A stretch of 64,000 nucleotides of DNA. Source: an uncultured candidate division WWE3 bacterium. GTDB lineage: Bacteria; Patescibacteriota; WWE3; UBA101185; UBA10185. The notes below the pieces were generated by a model that saw only the letters and a program-made list of their open reading frames with translations, was not told where the DNA came from and did no database searches. The position numbers were made by a program, and so were the translations under genes. This document shows, in pieces, positions 27,981-37,929 of this stretch (positions within the stretch are counted from its first letter, which is position 1; every line of letters starts with the position of its first letter). Where the stretch lies: NCBI GenBank assembly GCA_963765125.1, contig CAVXUZ010000005.1, positions 177,816-241,815 on the forward strand, read 5' to 3'.

Positions 27981-28454
27981 CCAGATTAAAATCCCCAAAA
28001 ATATAATTCCAAACGCGTAGCCGCCGATTACATCCCTGACGTAATGTTCTCCAAGCGCAACTCTTGATATGCCAACCATTGATATAAAGTAAATTGAGAG
28101 CACGCGAATCACATGTAGAATTAGGTTTGACTCTTTGATGTACTTGTACGACAGATAAATTACAAAACCCCAAAACACAGTGTAAAAAACAACGTGAGAA
28201 CTGGGAAAGCTATAAACGTCATAACTTAAATATCTACTAATTTCAGCTGTCGCCGGCCTTGAAACTCTATAAACGCTTTTTAAATACAGTGAGTAAGCAT
28301 AACTTACAATCGTCATCAGTGTTAGAAAGGCTGACTTCTCGTGACCTTTTTTGTATAAATAGACCATAAACATACCCACAACAAAAGAAATAACAATAAT
28401 GTTATCTCCAAAAGCGCTAACAAACTTGAGTTGATTGAAAATAAATTCTCCCAT
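27912..28454 (-). CDS. PAP2-family lipid phosphatase
   Basis: KxxxxxxRP (KSVYRVSRP), PSSH (PSGH-like) and SRVALGEHYVRD (SRxxxxxHxxxD) motifs in order. Convergent with dgkA and overlapping its 3' end by 69 nt. Confidence 0.75.
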   Translation of the reverse strand: MGEFIFNQLKFVSAFGDNIIVISFVVGMFMVYLYKKGHEKSAFLTLMTIVSYAYSLYLKSVYRVSRPATAEISRYLSYDVYSFPSSHVVFYTVFWGFVIYLSYKYIKESNLILHVIRVLSIYFISMVGISRVALGEHYVRDVIGGYAFGIIFLGILIWLDYKLDKDLSKDKKNNSKRTKR

Positions 28455-30031
28455 TAGTATCCCTTTGATTTTATTTCGTCTAAAGTTCCAGGTTCCATTT
28501 TATACACACGAACAAGCTCTGTATTGGTCCTTCCGAAAGTAAATATTGGTGGGTATCTATCAAACCAGTACCTTGCCTTTTCTTGTGTTGGCTTATCGGT
28601 AAAACTTTGAGAATTGAGTATGTGAATATAATGACCAGCCGAGTCAGTATCTTTTTTAAATGGCACATAGTGTCTTGCGATGCTTTCTCTCTCATTGGTA
28701 GAGTAAAAACCATTATTGTCAGAGTATATAATGGCGTCTCTAATCCCCTCCCAATTTCTATAATATGGAAAACCAAAAAGGCTTAAGTGATAGATTGGAG
28801 TTGGTTGATGAAATTCCCAGATAAGAAACTTTTTAGACTCCCAAGGATATTCCTTGCTATGATTAACAAATATTGAATACGATTGAGCGAAAATGAAAAG
28901 AAATACTATAAAGACATATGTATAAGAAATTGCTTGAGGAACAATAAACTTTTTAAATTTCATTAAAAACTTTTCAATTAAAACAATGCCCAATGCGAGA
29001 AATATAAAAAGCGGTATTAAATAGACGTAAATATGCGTACCGGGAATATAAATAAACTGCTCCATGACTATAACTGGTAATAATAACCAAATAAGTAATA
29101 CCATAATAAACTTTTTGTCATATTCATATTTTGGAAAAAACGAAAAGATTGTTAAGAAAATTTTAAATCTTTTAAGCTTGTCTATTAAAACGTAAGCTGC
29201 TCCTGAAATAAACAAAGCTAGGTACATATGAATGACGTAAATTGGTTGATAAACAGTGAATAGATATTTTGAGCTTGATATTTTTGATGAAACGTCGCCT
29301 ATGATTCTCCCTGACCAATAATTAAGAGTTGATTGCCCGAGCTTTAGAATAAATGGTATGTAAAAAAGTGACAGCAATATTATATTTAACAAAATCACAT
29401 TTCTAAGTATTTTGAATCCAGCATCGCCGCTCTTGTACTTCTTAATGTATTTTTTGCCCCACATGTAGATGTAATATAAAGCGACTGGAGCAATAAAAAC
29501 CGCGTCATAGTGAAAAAGTGCAGATAGCGACCAGTATAATACACCAAGAAATAAACCCTTATTCTTGTATAAATCGTTTCTGACTGCTCTTTCGAGCGAA
29601 TACAGTGCAAGTACCATAAAAAGCATTACAAAAGGTTGATACTGCACAATTCTTGATAGAGCAACAAAAAATCCATTTGTTGCAAAGAAAAATGCAGCGT
29701 AAAAGGCAACTTTTTCGTCAAATACATTTTTAATTAGCTTATAAAAGAAAAATACGGCCAGTATACCCGCAATAGCAAAAGGCAATCTTGCAAGTAACTC
29801 ACTGCTGTATGTTGGGTCTATCAATTTTATTAAAAATGTTATAAAAAATTGTCCTGGACCTTTTCGCTGTGTTAGTAGAAAGTCTCCGATATTTTCAGCG
29901 CCCGTAGGGTCAAAAAATGCTTTAATCTCATCACCTTGATAGTCAGAGTAGCCCAAATTTTGAAGTCGTAAAACCGCCGAGATTAGAATAATTATCGATA
30001 TTGGAATTAGTTTGACGATTCTTTTCAGCAT
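28454..30031 (-). CDS. GT-C fold membrane glycosyltransferase (ArnT/PMT-like, GT39/83-type)
   Basis: 525 aa with ~11-13 TMs. N-terminal-loop DE motif (YQGDEIKAFF) as in ArnT/PMT. Adjacent to PAP2 and DgkA. Confidence 0.55.
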   Translation of the reverse strand: MLKRIVKLIPISIIILISAVLRLQNLGYSDYQGDEIKAFFDPTGAENIGDFLLTQRKGPGQFFITFLIKLIDPTYSSELLARLPFAIAGILAVFFFYKLIKNVFDEKVAFYAAFFFATNGFFVALSRIVQYQPFVMLFMVLALYSLERAVRNDLYKNKGLFLGVLYWSLSALFHYDAVFIAPVALYYIYMWGKKYIKKYKSGDAGFKILRNVILLNIILLSLFYIPFILKLGQSTLNYWSGRIIGDVSSKISSSKYLFTVYQPIYVIHMYLALFISGAAYVLIDKLKRFKIFLTIFSFFPKYEYDKKFIMVLLIWLLLPVIVMEQFIYIPGTHIYVYLIPLFIFLALGIVLIEKFLMKFKKFIVPQAISYTYVFIVFLFIFAQSYSIFVNHSKEYPWESKKFLIWEFHQPTPIYHLSLFGFPYYRNWEGIRDAIIYSDNNGFYSTNERESIARHYVPFKKDTDSAGHYIHILNSQSFTDKPTQEKARYWFDRYPPIFTFGRTNTELVRVYKMEPGTLDEIKSKGY

Positions 30032-30033
30032 TT

Positions 30034-32076
30034 CTATTTTATATAATACACTGCCAAATCATTCATTGCTCTTGTAATTGCAACAAAAGCTTTTTTTGCA
30101 TCAACAAATGAATTTAACTTATCAATATTTAATCCTACGACATACAGTTTTGAGAATTCTAAGCCTTTGCAATTTTCAAATTTGGTGAAATACACACCCT
30201 TTGGAAGATAAGATATTCTCTGGTTTGGTATTAACTCGACCAGTCTGTCGTCCTCGAGATTTTGTTTCATAAGTATGTTTTTAATATCTTCGTAATAAGT
30301 TTCATCCATGCAGATTAAGCCAATGCTTTTATCTAAATGTTTAATATCGTTTTCTATATTAGTCGAAAGGTCAGCTAGCATCTGGCTACTATCAGAATAA
30401 TCCTTTAATTTAGGCTCTTTTCCTATACGATTGATGGATTTTGGTAAAAACCTATCTGTGTATGGTGACAAAATCTTATTGGCGAGGTCGATGATTTGCT
30501 TAGTACTTCTGTAGTTAGTATCTAAACTAAAAAACTTTGTTTTCTTTCCCCCACTGATTGTTTCTGAAATGTCTTCCCACTTTTCAACACCCTCCTCTAC
30601 GTAACCCTGGTTAAGATCACCAAAAATACACATTCGTCCGTGAAGAACTATTTTTTGCAGCACGATGTACTCTAAAAGATTAAAGTCTTGCCCCTCGTCA
30701 ACAACACAATATTCATATTTCTTGAATTTGGTAAAACCTACAATCTCCAAATATGCAAAAACGTATATCAGTGCGTCTTTGTAACTCAAATCCTTACTGA
30801 CGTCTATATTATTATGTTTTATAAATCTTACGTAATCGACATTAAACAACTCAAGCTTTATTTTTCTCAATTTTGTAATAATTCTTCTGATAGTTCTAAT
30901 GTTGTCGCGGTAAAAAACAGCTCGAATAGATTTAGGATTATCCTTGATTAAGTCTTGCTGGTTATTTAGCTCTTCTTCTAAATCAGACATTATGTCGTTT
31001 ATGTTTTCATAAGGAGTGTAGTTTTGGCTGTACTTATAACCTCCATACGACTCGAAATCTTCGTTGTTAAAAAGCTTCGTTAACTGGTTCTCAACTTTGC
31101 TGTGTATTTTGTTTAATTGATTTCTAATTGAAAATAAATCCTTTTCGCTAAAACCGTTCAGACTTTGTGTATCTAAATTATCGATTCTAATTTGTAATTC
31201 TTCACGAAAAACAATGTTTATTAGTACCTCTCTAAGAGTTTTATAATTAATATCAAAAATACCTAGTTTTGGAAAAAGTGTGGACAAATAACCCACTAGA
31301 ATTTGATTCTTTGCAATTAGAATTGAGCGCTCTGGATGTATTAAATCTGGATGATTAAAAAATATATGAGAAAGTTTGTGTATTGCGACTGTACTTTTTC
31401 CGCTTCCTACGCAACCTTGAACAATTGTCAGATGCCTTGGGTCCGATTCAATAATATCAAGTTGAGATTCTTGAATTGTTTCGACAATGTCTTCAAGTAC
31501 TCCCCCGGTTCTTTTTTCAATTTTTTCTGAAATAATTTCACTTTCGTCCAAATTTAAATCATTATTAAAATATTTTACGAGTACACCCGAATCTACTTCA
31601 AAGGTTCGTTTTAGATTTAAATCAGAAATCACCAAACCATCGGGTGTATCGTATTTAATGCCTTTTTGCGGGTATCTGTACCTATAAAACACTGATGCAA
31701 CTTTTGCTCTCCAGTCGGTAATAATTGGTACTTTCTCAGTAAAACCAAATTTCCCAATATAAAAAGATTTTTCGTCACCCTCTTGCTGAAGATCAATTCT
31801 TGCAAAATAAGGCTCCTTCACTAAAAAGCTAATTTCTTCAAGCCTTTTAAACTTATCTTTTACATTGAAATTCTGATTCTCTTGGTGAAGCTGTTCAATA
31901 AAGGTATTAAAATCAAGTCCACTAGTTTCAGGGTCTTCTCTTAGGTCTTTAAGTTTATCTAAATTATCTTTTCCTAATGCCGCAAGCTTTTCAGTTATTA
32001 CATTGTTAGCGTCATTGAGCTTATCGACGATTGATTTAAGATGAATACTCTCTGTTTCAAATATTTCTTTGTTCAT
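30034..32076 (-). CDS. superfamily-1 DNA helicase, HelD/helicase IV-like (UvrD family)
   Basis: N-terminal HelD-like region, Walker A GCVGSGKST, DExx (VVDEGQD), C-terminal UvrD_C-like motifs (YRSTKQII, VAITRAMNDLAVYY). Confidence 0.65.
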   Translation of the reverse strand: MNKEIFETESIHLKSIVDKLNDANNVITEKLAALGKDNLDKLKDLREDPETSGLDFNTFIEQLHQENQNFNVKDKFKRLEEISFLVKEPYFARIDLQQEGDEKSFYIGKFGFTEKVPIITDWRAKVASVFYRYRYPQKGIKYDTPDGLVISDLNLKRTFEVDSGVLVKYFNNDLNLDESEIISEKIEKRTGGVLEDIVETIQESQLDIIESDPRHLTIVQGCVGSGKSTVAIHKLSHIFFNHPDLIHPERSILIAKNQILVGYLSTLFPKLGIFDINYKTLREVLINIVFREELQIRIDNLDTQSLNGFSEKDLFSIRNQLNKIHSKVENQLTKLFNNEDFESYGGYKYSQNYTPYENINDIMSDLEEELNNQQDLIKDNPKSIRAVFYRDNIRTIRRIITKLRKIKLELFNVDYVRFIKHNNIDVSKDLSYKDALIYVFAYLEIVGFTKFKKYEYCVVDEGQDFNLLEYIVLQKIVLHGRMCIFGDLNQGYVEEGVEKWEDISETISGGKKTKFFSLDTNYRSTKQIIDLANKILSPYTDRFLPKSINRIGKEPKLKDYSDSSQMLADLSTNIENDIKHLDKSIGLICMDETYYEDIKNILMKQNLEDDRLVELIPNQRISYLPKGVYFTKFENCKGLEFSKLYVVGLNIDKLNSFVDAKKAFVAITRAMNDLAVYYIK

Positions 32077-32762
32077 AAGTAAAAACCCTCTTTTGCGATT
32101 AAGACAACATATTCTCCTTTATTTACAATTTTTGATTTTAACACCTTCTCAACAGTTCCTCTGATTATTTTTTCAAACATTTTGGTTTGGTCATTTACAA
32201 GGCATACTTGTCTGTTTCCAAGTGTGACAAAGACTTCATTTAACAGCTTTTCAACCCTGTAAGGAGATTCGTAGATAACTAAAGTTGCGTCCATTTTTCC
32301 ATAAATACTCAGAAGTTCAGAAACTTTTGATTTTTGTTTTGGTAAAAAGCCCATAAATATAAACTTATCTGTTGGTAACCCAGACACAGCTAGAGCAGAT
32401 ATTACCGCGCTAGGCCCAGGAACAGATATAATATTTATTCCATTCTTTATAACTTCAACTATCAGCTTGTATCCAGGGTCTGAAATCACCGGCGTCCCGC
32501 TGTCGGAGACTAACGCAATGTTTTTTCCATCTTTGAGAAGGTCAATTATAGATTTACAAACTGCTGTGTGTTTCTGATCAGTGTATATAAGTTGAGATTT
32601 ACCAGTAATGTTGTACTTTTGTAAGATTTTTTGTGTTTCGCGAGTATCTTCAGAAAGTATATAATCTACACTTTTTAGAACCTCAATCGCTCTAAAGGTA
32701 ATATCATCTAAATTTCCTATTGGGGTCGCAATAACGTACAAAGCTCCACAGATACTATCCAT
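32073..32762 (-). CDS. rsmI: 16S rRNA (cytidine1402-2'-O)-methyltransferase
   Basis: LYVIATPIGNLDDITFRAIEVLKSVDYILSEDTRET is the conserved tetrapyrrole-methylase-fold RsmI N-terminus. Confidence 0.8.
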   Translation of the reverse strand: MDSICGALYVIATPIGNLDDITFRAIEVLKSVDYILSEDTRETQKILQKYNITGKSQLIYTDQKHTAVCKSIIDLLKDGKNIALVSDSGTPVISDPGYKLIVEVIKNGINIISVPGPSAVISALAVSGLPTDKFIFMGFLPKQKSKVSELLSIYGKMDATLVIYESPYRVEKLLNEVFVTLGNRQVCLVNDQTKMFEKIIRGTVEKVLKSKIVNKGEYVVLIAKEGFYL

Positions 32763-32789
32763 AAAAGCTATTTTATCACTTTATGGTAT

Positions 32790-33539
32790 TTATTGTTCTT
32801 TTAGAATATCGAAAGCGCCATTAATTGTTTCTGCTGGTACAGCACCAAACAATGTTAATGCCTCGCCTGTTTCAACATTCATTACAAAGTTACCTGGGGT
32901 ACCTGTAACACCTGCGCTGGTTGCACTTGCAATATCATCATTAAGTCTCTGTGCGGCTTCGTCACTAGATATACACTCGGTGTATTTGGTCTTATCTAAG
33001 CCTGCGATTGTGTTTAGTACTGGATTTAAGTCGCTAATTACCTCACTGTTACCATAAAGTGCGTCTGTGAACTTCCAAAATCCTTCATTTCCTGTCTGTT
33101 CACCGATACAGATAGCGGCTAATGCTTTTGGTTCAGCTCCTGGATGTAGCTGCGTTAAAGGAAAGTGCCTGTAAATCCACATTATCTCACCGTTAGAGCT
33201 ATCTACTACTTGTCGGGCTGTTTCGTGAAATCTTTGGCAAAAGGGACATTCATAGTCTGAGTACTCGATCAGCGCAAATTTTGCGTCTTTATTTCCATAA
33301 ATGTAATCTTGCGCGGTTGGTCCTTGAACGTTAGCTGGAGCTAAAAGTCCTGGATCTTCGTCTGGTGCAGCGCCAAGTTCTTGTTTTTGTCCTATGCCTG
33401 TACCTTCTTTAAGATACTTTACTTCGGTGCTTAATTTTCCAATATAGAATGCAGCACCTAAACCAAATAGAAATAAAATGACTGTGATAATAGAAGGCTT
33501 TAAAGACTTAATATTTGAGGATTCGTTTTGTATTGACAT
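32790..33539 (-). CDS. DsbA-like thiol:disulfide oxidoreductase, membrane-anchored
   Basis: N-terminal TM. Thioredoxin fold with CPFC active site (YECPFCQRFH). Confidence 0.75.
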   Translation of the reverse strand: MSIQNESSNIKSLKPSIITVILFLFGLGAAFYIGKLSTEVKYLKEGTGIGQKQELGAAPDEDPGLLAPANVQGPTAQDYIYGNKDAKFALIEYSDYECPFCQRFHETARQVVDSSNGEIMWIYRHFPLTQLHPGAEPKALAAICIGEQTGNEGFWKFTDALYGNSEVISDLNPVLNTIAGLDKTKYTECISSDEAAQRLNDDIASATSAGVTGTPGNFVMNVETGEALTLFGAVPAETINGAFDILKEQ

Positions 33540-33584
33540 AACAACTATTTATACTTGATTGGGGCAAAAAGTCAACCAACCGTA

Positions 33585-33770
33585 TTATTTAAGCGCTCTA
33601 AATAGCTCTTTTACGTTATCGACAACCCGTTCTCTAAAAGTAGATTTATCAACCATACCAAGCTCACTCTCGGTATGTCTTACTGAGTAGATGGTTAATA
33701 CAGTACTAGCTATAAGGGATATAACGGTAATATAAAAAATTAACGAAAACTTGAATTTCGTTTTAATCAC
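33585..33770 (-). CDS. small hypothetical membrane protein
   Basis: 61 aa with one TM helix. May not be expressed. Confidence 0.25.
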   Translation of the reverse strand: MIKTKFKFSLIFYITVISLIASTVLTIYSVRHTESELGMVDKSTFRERVVDNVKELFRALK

Positions 33771-33791
33771 ACAATGATTTTAGCAGATTTA

Positions 33792-33971
33792 TTACTTTAA
33801 ACGCGCGACTTCTTTATGAAGAGTATATTTTCTTAGTTTTGGGTTATATTTCATCAACTCAAGCTTTTCTGCAGAATTTAGCTTATTTTTTTGAGTTACG
33901 TAGGTTCTTATACCTGTTTCAGTGCACTCAAGACCTATTAATATTCTATTTCCCTTTTTCTTCTTCGCCAT
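33792..33971 (-). CDS. rpmG: 50S ribosomal protein L33
   Basis: Not in the ORF track (59 aa). Manual translation gives [59 protein letters not shown], which matches the L33 consensus (YxTxKNK...KLEL.KY.P.LRK..LH.E). Confidence 0.8.
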   Translation of the reverse strand: MAKKKKGNRILIGLECTETGIRTYVTQKNKLNSAEKLELMKYNPKLRKYTLHKEVARLK

Positions 33972-34052
33972 AACAGAGGAATACTAATATAGAAAGGGGA
34001 CAAAAGCAAGTTCTTTTAAGGTTTGGTGATGAATATTTGTTAAAATATCTTC

Positions 34053-35450
34053 GTGACGGAATTAACAAAAAAAGCCGAAAAACTGGCAACAGAGCTATAT
34101 AAAAGAAAAGAACGTTTAAATGGTGAAAGCTACTTAAATCACGCCAAAAAGGTTGCCGATCGCCTTAAGGGAATAGGAATAAGAAATGAAAACGTTTTGG
34201 CAGCAGCCATGCTTCATGACGTCAATAAAGATGTTGATATAGAAAACACTTTAAAAATCATCAAAAAGAAAATGCCAACAGAAGTTTATGAAATTCTTGA
34301 ATCATACGTCAAAACATCAAACTCGATGGTACTTCACGAAAGCGCAACAGAAGGAAACACACGTCTTGTAATTCAAGCTTTTCTTGGTTTAGCTAAAAAC
34401 CTAGACGTCTTACTAATAGTACTTGCAGATAAGTTAGAGAATTCACGATCATTGCATATGTTAGAGCCTGATAAAAGAATAAGGTCAGCAAAACGCGCAT
34501 TAAATATTTATGCACCTCTTTGCAGATTTGTTGGATTGCAACCATTTGCTGTAGAAATTGAAAAGAATAGTTTTAGAGTTTTATTTCCTGGTGAGTACAG
34601 CAAGATAAGAAATATACTGACTGAAATTAGCTCATTCTCAAATGTCTATCTCAAAGAAATTTCTGAGATGATAAAAAAATATCTCGATGACAATAGAATT
34701 CATTCAACCGTCTCTTACAGAATTAAATCAGAATATTCAATATATAAGAAATATAAACTACACAGTGAAAAAGATGATTCTTACGATTATTCTAGCGTTG
34801 CTGACATCGCTGCATTGAGAATCTTAGTAAACACAGTTGATGAGTGCTACAAGGTTGAGGACCTTCTTAAAGAAGTGTGGGATGAAGACTATAAACATCG
34901 TGACGATTACATAGAAAATAAGAAACAAAGCGGTTACCAGTCTTTACATTGCTATTTTTATATAGAGAAAGATTATCCACTTGAAATTCAGATTAGAACT
35001 TACGATATGCACGAACAAAATGAATATGGAAAATCCAGTCATTTATTTTACAAGATGGGAGATATTTTCAAAAAACATGGAGTAAAAGAATCCTTTTGGT
35101 TAAAAGAAATAAAGTTTGGTAATGACTATCAAGATCAAAATATTAATTTATTTAAGGATTATGTTTATGTGTTCACACCTAAAGGAGATATTATCGAGTT
35201 GCCTAAAGGGTCTTCAGTTTTGGATTTTGCTTACGCAATCCATGACGACATAGGAAATAAATGTGCTGGTGCCTTAGTTAACGATGAGATGAAGAAACTT
35301 ACGCAAATTGTTGAAAATGGAGACAGAGTACTAATAAAAACAGGCAATAAAGTAAATGTAAGTAGAGACTGGTTAACGAGCGTAAAAACTCCAAGAGCAA
35401 GAAGCAATATAAGAAAAGCACTACGCGCCCAGATATCAAAGGCAAGATAA
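34053..35450 (+). CDS. rel: short Rel/SpoT-homolog (HD hydrolase + (p)ppGpp synthetase + TGS), lacking the C-terminal regulatory domains
   Basis: HD motif (AMLHDVNKD), synthetase motifs (DIAALRILV...GYQSLHCYF...EIQIRT..MH..EYG) and TGS (VYVFTPKGDIIELPKGSSVLDFAYAIHDDIGNKCAGALVN). GTG start. 465 aa versus ~730 for full-length Rel. Confidence 0.75.
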   Translation: MTELTKKAEKLATELYKRKERLNGESYLNHAKKVADRLKGIGIRNENVLAAAMLHDVNKDVDIENTLKIIKKKMPTEVYEILESYVKTSNSMVLHESATEGNTRLVIQAFLGLAKNLDVLLIVLADKLENSRSLHMLEPDKRIRSAKRALNIYAPLCRFVGLQPFAVEIEKNSFRVLFPGEYSKIRNILTEISSFSNVYLKEISEMIKKYLDDNRIHSTVSYRIKSEYSIYKKYKLHSEKDDSYDYSSVADIAALRILVNTVDECYKVEDLLKEVWDEDYKHRDDYIENKKQSGYQSLHCYFYIEKDYPLEIQIRTYDMHEQNEYGKSSHLFYKMGDIFKKHGVKESFWLKEIKFGNDYQDQNINLFKDYVYVFTPKGDIIELPKGSSVLDFAYAIHDDIGNKCAGALVNDEMKKLTQIVENGDRVLIKTGNKVNVSRDWLTSVKTPRARSNIRKALRAQISKAR

Positions 35451-35451
35451 G

Positions 35452-37929
35452 TTGACACAACAAAGTATTATTTCTATCATCAATCCAATGAATGATTATG
35501 ATCACATTAAAATAGAAGCTAAGTGGAAAAAGAAATGGTTTGACGACAACATTTACGAGGCTGTAGATTTTTCAGAAAAACCCAAAAAATATATACTTGC
35601 AGAACTCCCCTATCCATCAGGAAAATATCTTCATGTCGGGCATATGATGCGTTATACGGTACCTGAAATATATTCTAGGTACCTTAGAATGTGTGGTTAC
35701 AACGTAATGTACCCGATGGGATGGGACTCTTTTGGTCTTCCTACCGAAACATTCGCTATTAAGGATAAGAAAACTCCGCAAGAGGTTACACGCGATGCAA
35801 CAAATAATTTTAAAATTGCAATGCAGGACATGGGGTACGCAATTGATTGGAATCGCGAAATCAATACATCAGACCCTGAATACTACAAATGGACACAATG
35901 GATATTTTTGAAATTATTCGAAAAGGGTCTTGTAGAACAAAAAGATTTACCGGTGTGGTGGTGTAAAGAATTAGGTGTTTTAGCAGATGAAGAAGTATTA
36001 TCAGACCCAAAAAGTCCATCAGGAAAAAAATCAGAAAGAGATGGTTACCCTGTTTATAGAAAAAATCTAAAACAATGGATTTTGAAAATTACTAATTATG
36101 CAGATAAACTCCTTGAAGGATTAGAAGATGTAGATTACTTTGACTCGGTTAAAAATGGACAACGAAATTGGATTGGTAGAAAAGAAGGCCTTTGCATAAG
36201 ATACCCCCTCGAAAATAATCCAGAAATAGAAATAAGATGTTTTACTACTAGAGCAGATACAAATTACGGTGCAACATTTATTGCGTTAGCTCCAGAGCAC
36301 GACTTCGCCAAAAAAATTGCAGAAGAAAATCCAGACGTTAACGCATATATTGTGAAATCTTTAGAAAAACCTGATATTGAAAGAATAGACGAGGGTAAAG
36401 AAAAAACAGGCGTTTTCACAGGTAAGTACGCGATTAATCGATTAAACAATAGAGTACTTCCTATTTGGGTATCAGACTTTGTGCTTGGTGATTATGGAAC
36501 AGGCTCGGTAGTTGGTGTACCAGCGCACGATAAGCGCGATTTTGCATTTGCGTCCAAGTATGGAATTGATATCGTGCGTGTAGTTGATAACCCTGCTGAA
36601 AGTACTCAACATGCGATATTAAAGATTGATGATGTTTTTGAAGATTATGGTATCGCGGTAAATTCAGAAATTATAAATGGTAAAGATTCAGAAACAGCAC
36701 TGAAAGCTATTTCAGAGTACTTAATAGAAAAGGGTTACGCAGAAAAAATTAAGACGTACAAACTTAGAGATCAGATATGGTCGAGACAGAGATATTGGGG
36801 AGATCCGATTCCTTTAATGTACACAGAAGACGGCAAAATTGTCGCCGATTATGATTTACCAGTAAAACTTCCTATCCTAAAAGATTTTTTACCAGAAGAA
36901 GGTAAAGCTCCATTAGAAAAAGTGCCGGCATGGTTCAATGTAAAAACAAAAGATGGAAAAAAAGCAAAGCGCGAAACGGACACAATGCCAACTTGGGCGG
37001 GTTCAAATTGGTATTTTATGAGGTACATTGATCCAAAAAATAATGAGGCATTTGCTGATTTTGAAAAGTTAAAGTACTGGATGCCGGTTGATAAATACTT
37101 CGGTGACGCCGGGCACACCACAGCGCATTTAATGTACTCGAGATTTTGGTACAAGGTCCTTTATGAGGATGGTCTAGTTCCAACACCAGAACCTTTTCAA
37201 TGGAGAATGAGCGGCGGATTACTTTTGGGAGGTGACCGTAGAAAAATGTCGAAGTCAAGACCAGAATTTGTCGTAAACCCTGAAGACGTTTTAGCCAGTT
37301 ATGGAGCTGACGCAGCACGTGTTTACCTCTCTTTTATTGGACCCTACGAAGAAACATATCCTTGGAACGAAAATGGAATAAAAGCGTGCTATCGATTTAT
37401 AAACAATGTATTTCAACTGAGCACAAAAGTTTCAAAAGAAGACGACAACAAAGAACTTGTGATTTTACTGAATAAGATGATTAAAAACATTACTAAAATG
37501 CTTGAAGATTTAAAAATGAACACGGCAGTTTCTGAATTGATGATTTATGTAAATGAGGCGAAAAAGCAAAAGCATCTCAATAAACAAAACTTTTTAGTTT
37601 TCTTAAAAGTCTTAGCGCCATTTGCGCCATTTATTACTGAACATTTGTGGCAAGAATTTAATGAATTTAAAATATGGAAAAAAGAAAATAGCATCCATCT
37701 TCATGATTGGCCACTTTTTGATAAAACTCTAGTCACTGACGACACGGTAAGGTTGCCAATTCAAATAAATGGAAAATTGAGACATGAAATTGAAGTTAAA
37801 GTTGACACACCTGAAGAAGAAATAAAAACCCTCGTGTTTTCAGAATCTGCGGTGCAAAAGTACGCAACAAAAGAAACCGTAAAGAAATTTATTTATGTGA
37901 AAAATAAAATTGTAAATTTGGTTGTTTAA
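35452..37929 (+). CDS. leuS: leucyl-tRNA synthetase
   Basis: HIGH motif (LHVGHM) and KMSKS (RKMSKSR). CP1 editing and anticodon-binding regions present. 825 aa. The true start may be the MNDYDH Met about 36 nt downstream. Confidence 0.9.
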   Translation: MTQQSIISIINPMNDYDHIKIEAKWKKKWFDDNIYEAVDFSEKPKKYILAELPYPSGKYLHVGHMMRYTVPEIYSRYLRMCGYNVMYPMGWDSFGLPTETFAIKDKKTPQEVTRDATNNFKIAMQDMGYAIDWNREINTSDPEYYKWTQWIFLKLFEKGLVEQKDLPVWWCKELGVLADEEVLSDPKSPSGKKSERDGYPVYRKNLKQWILKITNYADKLLEGLEDVDYFDSVKNGQRNWIGRKEGLCIRYPLENNPEIEIRCFTTRADTNYGATFIALAPEHDFAKKIAEENPDVNAYIVKSLEKPDIERIDEGKEKTGVFTGKYAINRLNNRVLPIWVSDFVLGDYGTGSVVGVPAHDKRDFAFASKYGIDIVRVVDNPAESTQHAILKIDDVFEDYGIAVNSEIINGKDSETALKAISEYLIEKGYAEKIKTYKLRDQIWSRQRYWGDPIPLMYTEDGKIVADYDLPVKLPILKDFLPEEGKAPLEKVPAWFNVKTKDGKKAKRETDTMPTWAGSNWYFMRYIDPKNNEAFADFEKLKYWMPVDKYFGDAGHTTAHLMYSRFWYKVLYEDGLVPTPEPFQWRMSGGLLLGGDRRKMSKSRPEFVVNPEDVLASYGADAARVYLSFIGPYEETYPWNENGIKACYRFINNVFQLSTKVSKEDDNKELVILLNKMIKNITKMLEDLKMNTAVSELMIYVNEAKKQKHLNKQNFLVFLKVLAPFAPFITEHLWQEFNEFKIWKKENSIHLHDWPLFDKTLVTDDTVRLPIQINGKLRHEIEVKVDTPEEEIKTLVFSESAVQKYATKETVKKFIYVKNKIVNLVV

